A stretch of 52,039 nucleotides of DNA, from NCBI GenBank assembly GCA_016932115.1, contig JAFGDM010000152.1, positions 1-52,039 of the forward strand, given 5' to 3'. Of the stretch, positions 44,239-52,039 are shown piece by piece. The notes under the pieces are model-generated. The model worked only from the letters and a program-made list of their open reading frames with translations, did not search any database and had not been told where the DNA came from. The translations under genes and the position numbers were made by a program. The stretch's first letter is position 1, and each line of letters starts with the position of its first letter. This stretch comes from Deltaproteobacteria bacterium (GTDB lineage: Bacteria > Desulfobacterota > DSM-4660 > Desulfatiglandales > HGW-15).

Positions 44239-45413
44239 GCGATTCCCCCCTCTTCAAAGCTGCTGCCAAGAACTAAATTGTCACGGTGAATGACTTCATC
44301 ATCGTGTTTGTATCCAAGGGCTTTTTCGATCTCGGATGTTTTAAGTCCCATGATTTTACGGAGTTCACCGGCATCGTAATTGGCCATGCCCACGGCAAGC
44401 TCCTGCCCTTCCTGACTCAAAAGCACGACTGAATCTCCCAGTCCAAAGGCCCCTCTCACATCTTTGATCCCTGAAGGAAGAAGGCTTTTCCCACCATGAA
44501 CGATTGCCCTTTCCGCCCCCGGGTCGATCACAATCCCGCCCTTGGGGGCCTTGGTGAAAGCGATCCAGCGCTTGCGGCTGCAAAGGGTGACATCTTGAGG
44601 CAAAAAAAAGGTCCCCACCTCCTCACCCCTGAAAATATCTCGAATAATTCCCGGCTTCGTGCCGTTGGCGATGACAGTGGGAACACCCCCAAGGCTCGCC
44701 TTCTGAGCCGCCCTGATCTTGCTTCTCATGCCCCCGGTTCCCAGAAAACCGGGGATAGAACCGGCAAACCTGAAAATCTCCCTGCTCACCTTGTCAACAA
44801 CCGGGATAAGATGTGCATCTTCGTGGACACGTGGATCCATGTCATAAAGGCCCTCCAGATCGGTGAGCGAAACAAGGAATTGCGCATCAACAAGGCTTGT
44901 CACCATTGCACTCAGGTTGTCGTTGTCGCCGAATTTGATTTCATCCACTACGACGGTGTCATTTTCGTTGATGATAGGCACGATTTTCCACGCAAGGAGC
45001 GTAAAAATCGTGTTGCGGGCATTCAGGTAGCGTCCCCTATGGTTGAAGTCATCCCTCGTTATGAGGATCTGAGCTACCTTCTGACCATGACGTTCAAACA
45101 CCTTTTCCCAGGCCATAATCAGGCTGGCCTGGCCTACGGCGGCTACGGCCTGTTTTCCGGAGATGCTATCCGGCCTTTTTGTAAGTCCGATTTTGCTGAG
45201 ACCCGAGGAAATCGCGCCGGATGAAACCAGAATGACTTCGATGCTCTTTTTTCTTAGAGCGCACATATCACTTGCAAGATCACGGATAATTTTGCGGTTT
45301 AAACCGTCTTTTCCGGTAAGCACCCCACTTCCTACCTTGATAACAACTCTTCTGGCCCTTTTGATGAGAGCCTTCCTGCTTTCCTTTATATCCTTATCCC
45401 TCACTGTCTTCAT
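44229..45413 (-). CDS. proB: Glutamate 5-kinase (with PUA domain)
   Basis: [12 protein letters not shown], the NENDTV block, and a C-terminal PUA-like region. Confidence 0.95.
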   Translation of the reverse strand: MKTVRDKDIKESRKALIKRARRVVIKVGSGVLTGKDGLNRKIIRDLASDMCALRKKSIEVILVSSGAISSGLSKIGLTKRPDSISGKQAVAAVGQASLIMAWEKVFERHGQKVAQILITRDDFNHRGRYLNARNTIFTLLAWKIVPIINENDTVVVDEIKFGDNDNLSAMVTSLVDAQFLVSLTDLEGLYDMDPRVHEDAHLIPVVDKVSREIFRFAGSIPGFLGTGGMRSKIRAAQKASLGGVPTVIANGTKPGIIRDIFRGEEVGTFFLPQDVTLCSRKRWIAFTKAPKGGIVIDPGAERAIVHGGKSLLPSGIKDVRGAFGLGDSVVLLSQEGQELAVGMANYDAGELRKIMGLKTSEIEKALGYKHDDEVIHRDNLVLGSSFEEGGIACR

Positions 45414-46410
45414 GAAAGAATTCCTTCAGCAAAGTCCTCTTCACATCCTCCAGCCCCTGACCTGTAAGAGCGGAAATGGGAAAGGCTTCATATCCCCTTG
45501 CTTTCAATCTTTTGATCAGTTCGGCAACATCCCTGTGTCCGGGTTCGGAGAGATCTATTTTATTGATCAAGACAATTTTTTGTTTTCGAGGCAAGGAAGG
45601 GCTGTATGCTTCAAGCTCACAAGTCACCTTGTCAAAATCCTCCATTAACCCGCTTACCGGCCCATGAGTGATGTCGAGAAGGTGAAGCAACACCTCCGTC
45701 CTCTCAATGTGTTTCAGGAAACGATGGCCTAGACCCCTGCCCTCGCTTGCACCCTCTATCAGTCCGGGGATATCTGCCACAGTCAGGGTTTTACCCTCAT
45801 CAAAAACAATAACGCCTAGGTTGGGAACAAGCGTTGTAAAAGGATAGTCGGCAATTTTAGGTCGGGCCGTGGTAAGATGGGAAAGAAGGGTGGATTTTCC
45901 TGCATTTGGTAATCCGATGAGGCCGATGTTGGCCACGGTCTTGAGGACGAGCCTGAAACGTTTTTCTTGACCGGGCAGCCCGGGCTGAGCCCTCCGCGGA
46001 GCTCTGTTGGTGGAGGTGGCAAAATGTTGATTTCCCCAACCCCCTCGACCCCCTTTCAAAAGGACCAGTTCCTGGTTGTCCAAAACCAAATCGGCAAGTG
46101 GTTCACCGGTGTCGGGGTCCTGAACGGTGGTTCCGGGGGGGACTTCGACAACCACGTCCTTGCCGTCTTTTCCGCTCTGTTTTTGCCCCCTGCCGGGTTG
46201 ACCCTTTTGGGCTCTGAAAAATCTTCGATAGCGGAATGGGACCAGCGAATCGAGCCTTCTAGTGGCCCTTACGATCACATCCCCACCTTTGCCGCCGTCA
46301 CCACCGTCCGGCCCGCCTTTAGGGATGAATCGCTCCCGCCTGAAACTGACGCATCCTCTTCCCCCGTCTCCGGATTTGGCGGTAATCAAGGCTTCATCCA
46401 GAAAGTCCAT
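45394..46410 (-). CDS. obg: GTPase Obg/CgtA
   Basis: MDFLDEA...GDGGRGCVSFRRE...GGPDGGDGGKGG Obg fold, with G1 GLPNAGKST. Confidence 0.95.
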   Translation of the reverse strand: MDFLDEALITAKSGDGGRGCVSFRRERFIPKGGPDGGDGGKGGDVIVRATRRLDSLVPFRYRRFFRAQKGQPGRGQKQSGKDGKDVVVEVPPGTTVQDPDTGEPLADLVLDNQELVLLKGGRGGWGNQHFATSTNRAPRRAQPGLPGQEKRFRLVLKTVANIGLIGLPNAGKSTLLSHLTTARPKIADYPFTTLVPNLGVIVFDEGKTLTVADIPGLIEGASEGRGLGHRFLKHIERTEVLLHLLDITHGPVSGLMEDFDKVTCELEAYSPSLPRKQKIVLINKIDLSEPGHRDVAELIKRLKARGYEAFPISALTGQGLEDVKRTLLKEFFHEDSEG

Positions 46411-46444
46411 AGGGCCTCACGGGAGCATTGGGGGAAAAACAGAC

Positions 46445-46699
46445 TCAGGATGAGTAAACACTCACCTTTTTTCTATATTTGTCGAGCCTTTCAAATGTGA
46501 CTTTCCCGTCGATCTCGGCAAAGAGAGTGTAGTCTTTACCCAGCCCGACATTGGTCCCCGGATGGATCTTTGTCCCCTTTTGACGGACCAGAATATTCCC
46601 GGCTTTGACCTGCTGCCCGCCGTATTTCTTCACCCCGAACCGCTGTCCTGCGCTGTCCCTACCGTTTCTTGAGCTGCCGCCCGCCTTCTTGTGTGCCAT
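46445..46699 (-). CDS. rpmA: 50S ribosomal protein L27
   Basis: [16 protein letters not shown] starts at ATG 46699. The track extension to 46753 is not credible. Confidence 0.95.
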   Translation of the reverse strand: MAHKKAGGSSRNGRDSAGQRFGVKKYGGQQVKAGNILVRQKGTKIHPGTNVGLGKDYTLFAEIDGKVTFERLDKYRKKVSVYSS

Positions 46700-46756
46700 G
46701 ATTAAAGCCCTCACAATCCAAAACGCATTCAATGGTAACCGAGTTTCCTTCACACG

Positions 46757-47074
46757 CTATGAGGCGACCTCAATCCCTTCAATTTTCACCAGGGAAAAGG
46801 CTTGTCTATGCCCCCTTGTTCTGCGGAATCCCTTCCTGCGTTTGAATTTGAAAACAACTATTTTCTTTTTCTTATCGTGCAGTTTCAGTCGGCCCATGAC
46901 CTTGGTGTTCTCGAGATAAGGCTTTCCCACCTCAACTTTTTCACCGTCCGACGTCATAAGGACCTTATCAAAAACCACTGTCTCTCCCACCTTACCCGGC
47001 AGCTTTTCTAGAACAAGATCGTCCCCCCGGGCAACACGGTACTGTTTTCCACCTGTTTGAATAACCGCGTACAT
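46757..47074 (-). CDS. rplU: 50S ribosomal protein L21
   Basis: MYAVIQTGGKQYRV, with GAGGAG before ATG 47074. Confidence 0.95.
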   Translation of the reverse strand: MYAVIQTGGKQYRVARGDDLVLEKLPGKVGETVVFDKVLMTSDGEKVEVGKPYLENTKVMGRLKLHDKKKKIVVFKFKRRKGFRRTRGHRQAFSLVKIEGIEVAS

Positions 47075-47143
47075 AACCTGAAGCTCCTCAAGGTTTTAAA
47101 CATTAATTAATTATATGTCTTTGAAAGAAAGTCAAGATAAATT

Positions 47144-48331
47144 TCAGCTTGCACCTCCTTTTCGCTCAAGAACCTCCGGTGGAACCACCGCATTCTCCGG
47201 CCAACCCTTCGGAGTAATTTGATCCGGCTTCTCTCCTTTTTTGCTCTTTAAACCGTCAAGACCCGCCCGCTTGAAATCCTCTCTCGGTGCCTTTGGAATC
47301 CTGCCGTTCAAGATCGCTTCCGAGCGAAGACGCCTACCGATGGTCTTCTCCATCAACATGCCGATTTGCAGGATCCGGTCAATGTCGATGCCTTCCACTT
47401 CAATGCCCATTTCATCGATCATTACGCACATATCCTCAAAGCTGGCCAACCCTACTACATTGGGGTCTTTATAGTAATAGGAACCGGTACCGGGTACAGG
47501 CACCCTGTCCAGAAAATTGGCCGGCTGCCCCCCCAAACCACCCAGGGTCCCTTCAAAAATTTCTACACCGGCTTGAAGAGCGGCAAGAACATTGGCCAAC
47601 CCCCAGCCCCTGGTTACATGAAAGTGGCCTACATGGAGGTCCGGGTTCGGAAGTTCGTCGAGAATCATTGAAAAATAGCGATAAACCTGATCCGGAGGCG
47701 CGGAGCCGTCATGATCTGCGTGCTCGATGTCATCCGCACCTATACTCAACCATCGTTTGGTAAATTCCAGAGCATCCTCAAAGCGGGTAGGCCCTGAGAT
47801 GGGGCTGCCCCAGATCGTGCTCACAGTTCCGCACATCTTTATCCCTGCCTCCTTGCACTTCTTGATGCACCGTTCGGCTTCCTTCCAGTATTCAGGCAGA
47901 GTGGTGCCGCTGTTGGCAAAATGGTGCTGCTCGTCCGTGGAAACCATCATGAGTACCCTATCAGGGCCACGCCCTTGCTGTTTGAGCGTGATGGCCTTGT
48001 CGACCCCGGGTTCTCGAATGGTCACAGCCGTCCATTCTACATCCTCGATCTTGACACCTTTTTTGTTCAAACGCCGGATGAAGTACTCGTCATGAACTCC
48101 CTTGAGCACTTCCTCCGCATCCCTAAATTGAGGCATGACCCTAGGGTTTCCCAAATTCGTCGCCTCCAGCCTTCGCACGCCTGCAAGTGCCAGCTCCTGT
48201 AAATAATAAATTTTAGCTTCTGTGGGAACAAAGAACTCTTCGTGCTGAAACCCGTCGCGGACAGTGATATCACCCAATCGAACTTTCTTCGGCATCCTGG
48301 GATGCGCCTTGAACATATTGTGCTCACTCAT
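47144..48331 (-). CDS. HMG-CoA-lyase-like DRE-TIM metallolyase family protein
   Basis: DITVRDGFQHEE, PRVMPQFRDAEEV and HFHVTRGWGLANVLAALQAGV...GGLGGQP align by eye with HMG-CoA lyase. ATG 48331 is preceded by AGGAGGAG. Confidence 0.8.
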   Translation of the reverse strand: MSEHNMFKAHPRMPKKVRLGDITVRDGFQHEEFFVPTEAKIYYLQELALAGVRRLEATNLGNPRVMPQFRDAEEVLKGVHDEYFIRRLNKKGVKIEDVEWTAVTIREPGVDKAITLKQQGRGPDRVLMMVSTDEQHHFANSGTTLPEYWKEAERCIKKCKEAGIKMCGTVSTIWGSPISGPTRFEDALEFTKRWLSIGADDIEHADHDGSAPPDQVYRYFSMILDELPNPDLHVGHFHVTRGWGLANVLAALQAGVEIFEGTLGGLGGQPANFLDRVPVPGTGSYYYKDPNVVGLASFEDMCVMIDEMGIEVEGIDIDRILQIGMLMEKTIGRRLRSEAILNGRIPKAPREDFKRAGLDGLKSKKGEKPDQITPKGWPENAVVPPEVLERKGGAS

Positions 48332-48348
48332 GTTGCTCCTCCTATTCA

Positions 48349-50088
48349 TTAACCCTTGATGGACCTTGGCAACAACATCTGATGATGCGGGCAAAGGCTC
48401 GCGGGATTCTGATAGCAGCTTCTGACAAAAGCCACGAAGTAATCTCTAACCCTGGCCATTGGTACAACCTCATCCACCAGCCCCGCTCTGGCGCAGTAAA
48501 GGGGTCTTGACTGATCGTAGTACTGTTTCGCAAGAGCATTCATGTTTTCGATGACGGGCTCTAGAGGCTTGCCGGAATCTTTTTCCTTGACGAGTCTTCT
48601 TGCAAAAGCGGCCACGGCAGCCGTCTCGCCATGCATCACATAGATCTCCGTGGTGCCTACACCAAGCGTGAAGGCGTTGTTTCTCGTAGCCTGCGGCCCT
48701 CCCATAATGTAGTGAGCGGCTGCAGTCCCTTTGCGCAGGACCACGCACAGCATGGGCAAGTGGGAATCTTCGATTGAGTAAATCAGGGATTGGCCGAGGC
48801 CCAGAAGCTCCGCAGCTTCGGCGATGTCTCCCACGTCAATTCCGCTCGTGTCCTGGAACCAGATGATTGGGATCTTGTCACGGCCGCAAAACATGACCAT
48901 TTCGTTCATTTTGACGAGCCCTTCCCTGTAAAGCTTGCCGCCGATCCCCATGTACTTTCCTTCTGCGTAAGCCGGGTAGTCTTTCCCCAGGAAGCCTTGG
49001 CGATTGCCGATCACCCCTACGGCAAAGCCGTCGATCCTGGCAAGCCCGCAATACACTTCCGGCCCGTAATCAGGGCGATACTCCAGATGCTCGCTTCCAT
49101 CAAAAAGCCTCGCCACCACCTGTTCAAGGCTGTATGTTCTCTTCTGATTGAAAGGAACGATATAATTGAGCTCTTCCGGGGAGTAAAGAGGCACCGCAGG
49201 TTCTGCGACCCTGAAGGTGGAAGGTTCGTACATAGGCATACCCGCCATGCATTCCCTTATGGCCTGAAGCACCCCCTCTTCGGTATTAAAGACCTTTCGC
49301 ATGAAGCCGGTCTTGTTATAGTGTATTTTGACCCCGCCCGGCGGTTCTTCCTTGAATTTTCTGGTCGCATCGATGACGGCCTCCGCACCTTCCAGGTCAA
49401 AGGAACCCTTGGGAGACATGCCGCTCACGATGCCGCCTCCCCCGACAGCCATGTTGGATTTCTCATGGGCGAAAATAATGGCAGGGCTGATGGCATGATA
49501 TCCACCGCCCGCCGGGTTGGTGCCGAACATTCCCACAATGACCGGGATGCCCTTTTCAGCCAGTTCCGCGTGCCTGAAAAAGGTTCTTCCTCCGGATCGC
49601 CTGCCCGCGTAGACCTTTTCCTGCTCCGTGAGTTTGACGCCGCTGCAATTGAGGATCCACACAAGCGGAATGTTAAGCCTTTCGGCCATGTCCTGGGCCC
49701 TGAAAACATGTTCTCGCTGGCCCGGAATCCAGGCCCCTGCCAGGACCTTGTTGTCCGATGCGATCAATACAGTTTGCCGGCCTGATATTCGAGCCAATCC
49801 GGTGATGACCCCTGTGGTCCCCTCCTGGTTGAATTCCGGGTCATAGAGGCTGTCCAGGGGGAGAAAGGTGCCCTGATCCACAAGAAGGTCGATCCGTTCC
49901 CAGGCTGTTTTCTCCCCTCTTTTGTGGAGCTTTTCAGCAGGAAGCCCTGTGTTCATTCGCTGCCCCAGGGCTTCTGAAATCCCCTGATCCACTCTGAAAA
50001 TTTCCAGGGCATTTGATTCCCCTTGCTTTTTTTCATGCTCCGAAAGGGCCTTTCCGACAGAACTCATTTGATTAAAATACGCTCTCAT
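48349..50088 (-). CDS. gcdA: Glutaconyl-CoA decarboxylase alpha subunit-type carboxyltransferase
   Basis: 579 aa. Extended blocks match GcdA as I remember it: ASDNKVLAGAWIPGQ, LNCSGVKLTEQEKVY, GIPVIVGMFGTNPAGGGYH, LGLGQSLIYSI, LRKGTAAAHY, CPHHQMLLPRSI. Confidence 0.8.
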   Translation of the reverse strand: MRAYFNQMSSVGKALSEHEKKQGESNALEIFRVDQGISEALGQRMNTGLPAEKLHKRGEKTAWERIDLLVDQGTFLPLDSLYDPEFNQEGTTGVITGLARISGRQTVLIASDNKVLAGAWIPGQREHVFRAQDMAERLNIPLVWILNCSGVKLTEQEKVYAGRRSGGRTFFRHAELAEKGIPVIVGMFGTNPAGGGYHAISPAIIFAHEKSNMAVGGGGIVSGMSPKGSFDLEGAEAVIDATRKFKEEPPGGVKIHYNKTGFMRKVFNTEEGVLQAIRECMAGMPMYEPSTFRVAEPAVPLYSPEELNYIVPFNQKRTYSLEQVVARLFDGSEHLEYRPDYGPEVYCGLARIDGFAVGVIGNRQGFLGKDYPAYAEGKYMGIGGKLYREGLVKMNEMVMFCGRDKIPIIWFQDTSGIDVGDIAEAAELLGLGQSLIYSIEDSHLPMLCVVLRKGTAAAHYIMGGPQATRNNAFTLGVGTTEIYVMHGETAAVAAFARRLVKEKDSGKPLEPVIENMNALAKQYYDQSRPLYCARAGLVDEVVPMARVRDYFVAFVRSCYQNPASLCPHHQMLLPRSIKG

Positions 50089-50089
50089 T

Positions 50090-51295
50090 TCATGAAGCCT
50101 CCTTGTAATTCGCCACTTTCTGTTCCAGCGTGGCCTTCAGGCCTGCTCGAAACCTAGGGTCCCTGTAAAGCCTGGCATCCGCCTCCGCTTCCTTTTGAAC
50201 GAAATCCTGCTCATCAAAACCGCTCCGATCGTAGCTCCCGATGAGCGCTGAGAGCGCTTCGACGGATTGAGGGGCCAGAGGCCTGCCCAACTTGCCGATC
50301 TCGTCCCCGACCTCTTTGAGGGGCTTTCCCCAGAGGTGAGCATATTTTTCCGGGTCTTTTCTCCTTTCCACCTCTTCGGAGATCTCCGCCTCAAGGGCAA
50401 GAGCAGCAGGTTCCTCCACTAGAGGAATCCGAGTTTCATCACCTGTTGCAATCTCAAGCGCCCCGGGTATGAGGATCATGCCCGTTTCTTCATCGTGTTT
50501 TTCCAGCGCCTCTGCGTAGGACGCCTTATCGGCTTTCGGGTCTCCCGCCCTTTGCATCCGCGGGAAGGGGAGGGAAATATCCACCACTACGTTGTAAATC
50601 CCGATCGCTTTGAGCTTGTCCGCCTTGACCTCCTTCCCGGTCATGGCCATGGCCCGTGCATTCCGAGGCCCGGCCTTGACGATCGCCCTGGCCACCCCCG
50701 ACCAACCCGGCAGAAGGCCGATCATGGCTTCGCTGAAGCACATGCCGCTCCTGGAATCCCCCACGATATAGTCGGACATAAGCGGAATCTCCGCCGAGCC
50801 TCCAAACCGCGTGCCGCCCCCGCAGACGGCCACCGTTCGCAGGTGCTGCGCCAGCTTTCGCATCTTTCCGTGTAGAGCGACACCTTTTTTCAATCGGCTG
50901 TCGGCCCATGTGTAGAGCTCGTCTATTTCTTCCGTGGAAGCACCCGCTCTTTCTTTCTCCTTCTTCATGGCCAGTGTTTTGTCCAGTTTCTCCAGGCTTT
51001 CCTTGAGATCTCCCCCTGCGTGGACCGGATCATTGGCGCTGACCATCATGAAAAACTGCAGATCTTCCTTTCTGCCGTAGACCCGGTCAAGGCCCTCTAA
51101 ATAGGCATCGAGGGCCGGGTTTCCCACCTGGTGCACCGGGGGGTTGTAGTAGCAAAGGATTGCACCCTTTTTCCCCTGGAATGAGACTTCCTCTATAACT
51201 AAATAGATGGAGCTTTCAAACCATTCGTAAATGGTTCCGAGTCGCTCCATCCCACTGATTTTTCCAGATCTGAGAAGTCTGAGCGGGCCTTTCAT
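50090..51295 (-). CDS. Enoyl-CoA hydratase/isomerase (crotonase) superfamily protein with a roughly 130-aa C-terminal extension
   Basis: Crotonase core VAVCGGGTRFGGSAEIPLMSDYIV...FSEAMIGLLPGWSG. GGAGAGGAT precedes ATG 51295. Confidence 0.75.
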   Translation of the reverse strand: MKGPLRLLRSGKISGMERLGTIYEWFESSIYLVIEEVSFQGKKGAILCYYNPPVHQVGNPALDAYLEGLDRVYGRKEDLQFFMMVSANDPVHAGGDLKESLEKLDKTLAMKKEKERAGASTEEIDELYTWADSRLKKGVALHGKMRKLAQHLRTVAVCGGGTRFGGSAEIPLMSDYIVGDSRSGMCFSEAMIGLLPGWSGVARAIVKAGPRNARAMAMTGKEVKADKLKAIGIYNVVVDISLPFPRMQRAGDPKADKASYAEALEKHDEETGMILIPGALEIATGDETRIPLVEEPAALALEAEISEEVERRKDPEKYAHLWGKPLKEVGDEIGKLGRPLAPQSVEALSALIGSYDRSGFDEQDFVQKEAEADARLYRDPRFRAGLKATLEQKVANYKEAS

Positions 51296-51344
51296 TTTAT
51301 CCTCTCCGTATCAGTCAGCCGACTAATTCTTTACTTTTACTAAA

Positions 51345-51412
51345 TATCAATATTTGATAAATTTTTACGCTTTGTCAAGGCTTATTCACGCCTTACGGTT
51401 AATTTTATCAAA
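51345..51412. promoter_or_regulatory. TATCAA-TAT-TTGATA inverted repeat plus the complementary 9-mers TTTGATAAA / TTTATCAAA in a divergent intergenic region
   Basis: Inverted repeat at 51345-51359. TTTGATAAA lies at 51353-51361 and its reverse complement at 51404-51412. The region lies between the crotonase operon and the XRE-cupin regulator. Confidence 0.3.
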
Positions 51413-51439
51413 GTAATCCAAGGCGATCGAACTTTTTTA

Positions 51440-51468
51440 TTTACAAATACTTAAGATTTTCGATAATT
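51440..51468 (+). promoter_or_regulatory. Sigma-70-like promoter for the XRE-cupin regulator
   Basis: TTTACA-N16-GATAAT, about 30 nt upstream of GTG 51497. Confidence 0.35.
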
Positions 51469-51496
51469 ATGCCATATTCCTGGCGAGGAACTATTC

Positions 51497-52039
51497 GTGA
51501 ATCTCGGGGCTTTGATCCGCAAGAATCGCAAAGAGCGAAAACTGACCTTGAAAACAGTCGCTGAAAAAGCCGGCGTTTCCGAGGGTTTTCTGAGCCAGGT
51601 GGAAAACAGCGTGAGCTCCCCTTCGGTGGACACCCTGGTCAGTATTTGCGCCGCCATGGGCGTCAGCGCCGGGGATCTTCTGAACCAGGCCGGTACGCAC
51701 GAGACCCTCATGGTGATCCATAAGGAAGAGTGGGACGACATCGAAATCCCCAAGGCTGGTTTTGTGACCCGACGATTCATACCGCCGGAGAGCCGCTCCA
51801 TCATCGATAGCGCCGTTATCTTTCTCAACCCGGAAACAAGCATTCCTGTGCGAAAAAACATCAAAAACGGCCAGGAAGTTCTCTGCGTGCTCAGAGGATC
51901 CCTGGAGCTCCTCCATGGCGATCAGACCATACCCCTTTCAGAAGGGGACGCCGCACATTTCTACGCTAATCCCGCCAAACAGTACATCACCAACAACGGT
52001 AAAGAGGTTACGGTCGTTCTCTGGGTAGGTACAGCCTAG
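51497..52039 (+). CDS. XRE-family HTH transcriptional regulator with a C-terminal cupin domain
   Basis: HTH_3 segment LTLKTVAEKAGVSEGFLSQVENSVSSPSVDTLVSICAAMGV. Cupin-like C-terminus (G.E.L.VL.G...L..GD..H..AN). GTG start, with the stop at the last 3 nt of the window. Confidence 0.85.
   Translation: MNLGALIRKNRKERKLTLKTVAEKAGVSEGFLSQVENSVSSPSVDTLVSICAAMGVSAGDLLNQAGTHETLMVIHKEEWDDIEIPKAGFVTRRFIPPESRSIIDSAVIFLNPETSIPVRKNIKNGQEVLCVLRGSLELLHGDQTIPLSEGDAAHFYANPAKQYITNNGKEVTVVLWVGTA

Noticed and set aside
47110-47135. A promoter-like TTGACT ... TATAAT on the minus strand upstream of rplU.
   Set aside because: Both hexamers are near-perfect, but the spacer is only 14 nt. It may still contribute through shifted -10 alternatives, but I do not list it as a supported feature.
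48790-49785. A 331-aa ORF on the + strand, antisense to gcdA. It is the longest antisense ORF in the window.
   Set aside because: The minus-strand frame matches GcdA block by block. The plus-frame product has no recognisable motifs and has shadow-frame composition.
1-52039. A search for CRISPR arrays, tRNA/rRNA genes, insertion sequences, integrases and phage genes.
   Set aside because: No repeat-spacer periodicity, tRNA-like T-arm sequences, or transposase/integrase-like ORFs were seen on either strand.

Overview
This 52-kb window looks like it comes from a strictly anaerobic bacterium. The gene content suggests a Desulfobacterota/Syntrophia-like organism, but that is a low-confidence guess. 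Almost all genes are on the minus strand and tightly packed, with many ATGA/TGATG start-stop overlaps. I found no rRNA, tRNA, CRISPR array, transposase or integrase.

Content from left to right:
1. A HepT/MntA toxin-antitoxin pair (188-1031).
2. A DmpR/XylR-type sigma-54 activator (11407-13023, + strand). It is divergent from a near-consensus -24/-12 promoter and an operon encoding two PCMH-type FAD flavoproteins, a CCG-domain Fe-S protein and EtfAB. An MFS transporter and a CocE/NonD hydrolase follow (10897 down to 1194).
3. A co-directional block of about 17 kb (29804 down to 13075). It encodes a Liv-type ABC importer, indolepyruvate:ferredoxin oxidoreductase IorAB, a ferredoxin, a tungsten-type aldehyde:ferredoxin oxidoreductase, a MoaD-like protein lacking the C-terminal GG, and a UlaG-family lactonase. 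It continues with a four-subunit 2-oxoacid:ferredoxin oxidoreductase whose delta subunit is fused to a truncated GltD-like flavoprotein, a 4-hydroxybutyryl-CoA dehydratase-family enzyme, and a small Cys-rich ORF.
4. An IclR regulator with an IlvD/Edd-family dehydratase and a beta-hydroxyacid dehydrogenase, a LUD-like orphan, and ModF.
5. An etfBA + acyl-CoA dehydrogenase operon.
6. A housekeeping block: M48/TPR protease, rsfS, nadD, proA, proB, obg, rpmA, rplU.
7. An operon for an enoyl-CoA hydratase-like protein, GcdA and an HMG-CoA-lyase-like protein, divergent from an XRE-cupin regulator.

The best candidate for an undescribed system is the sigma-54/aromatic-sensor-controlled dual-flavoprotein/CCG/EtfAB module. 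It may be functionally linked to the IOR/AOR/OFOR block. All functional calls come from motif and family recognition by eye. No database search was run.
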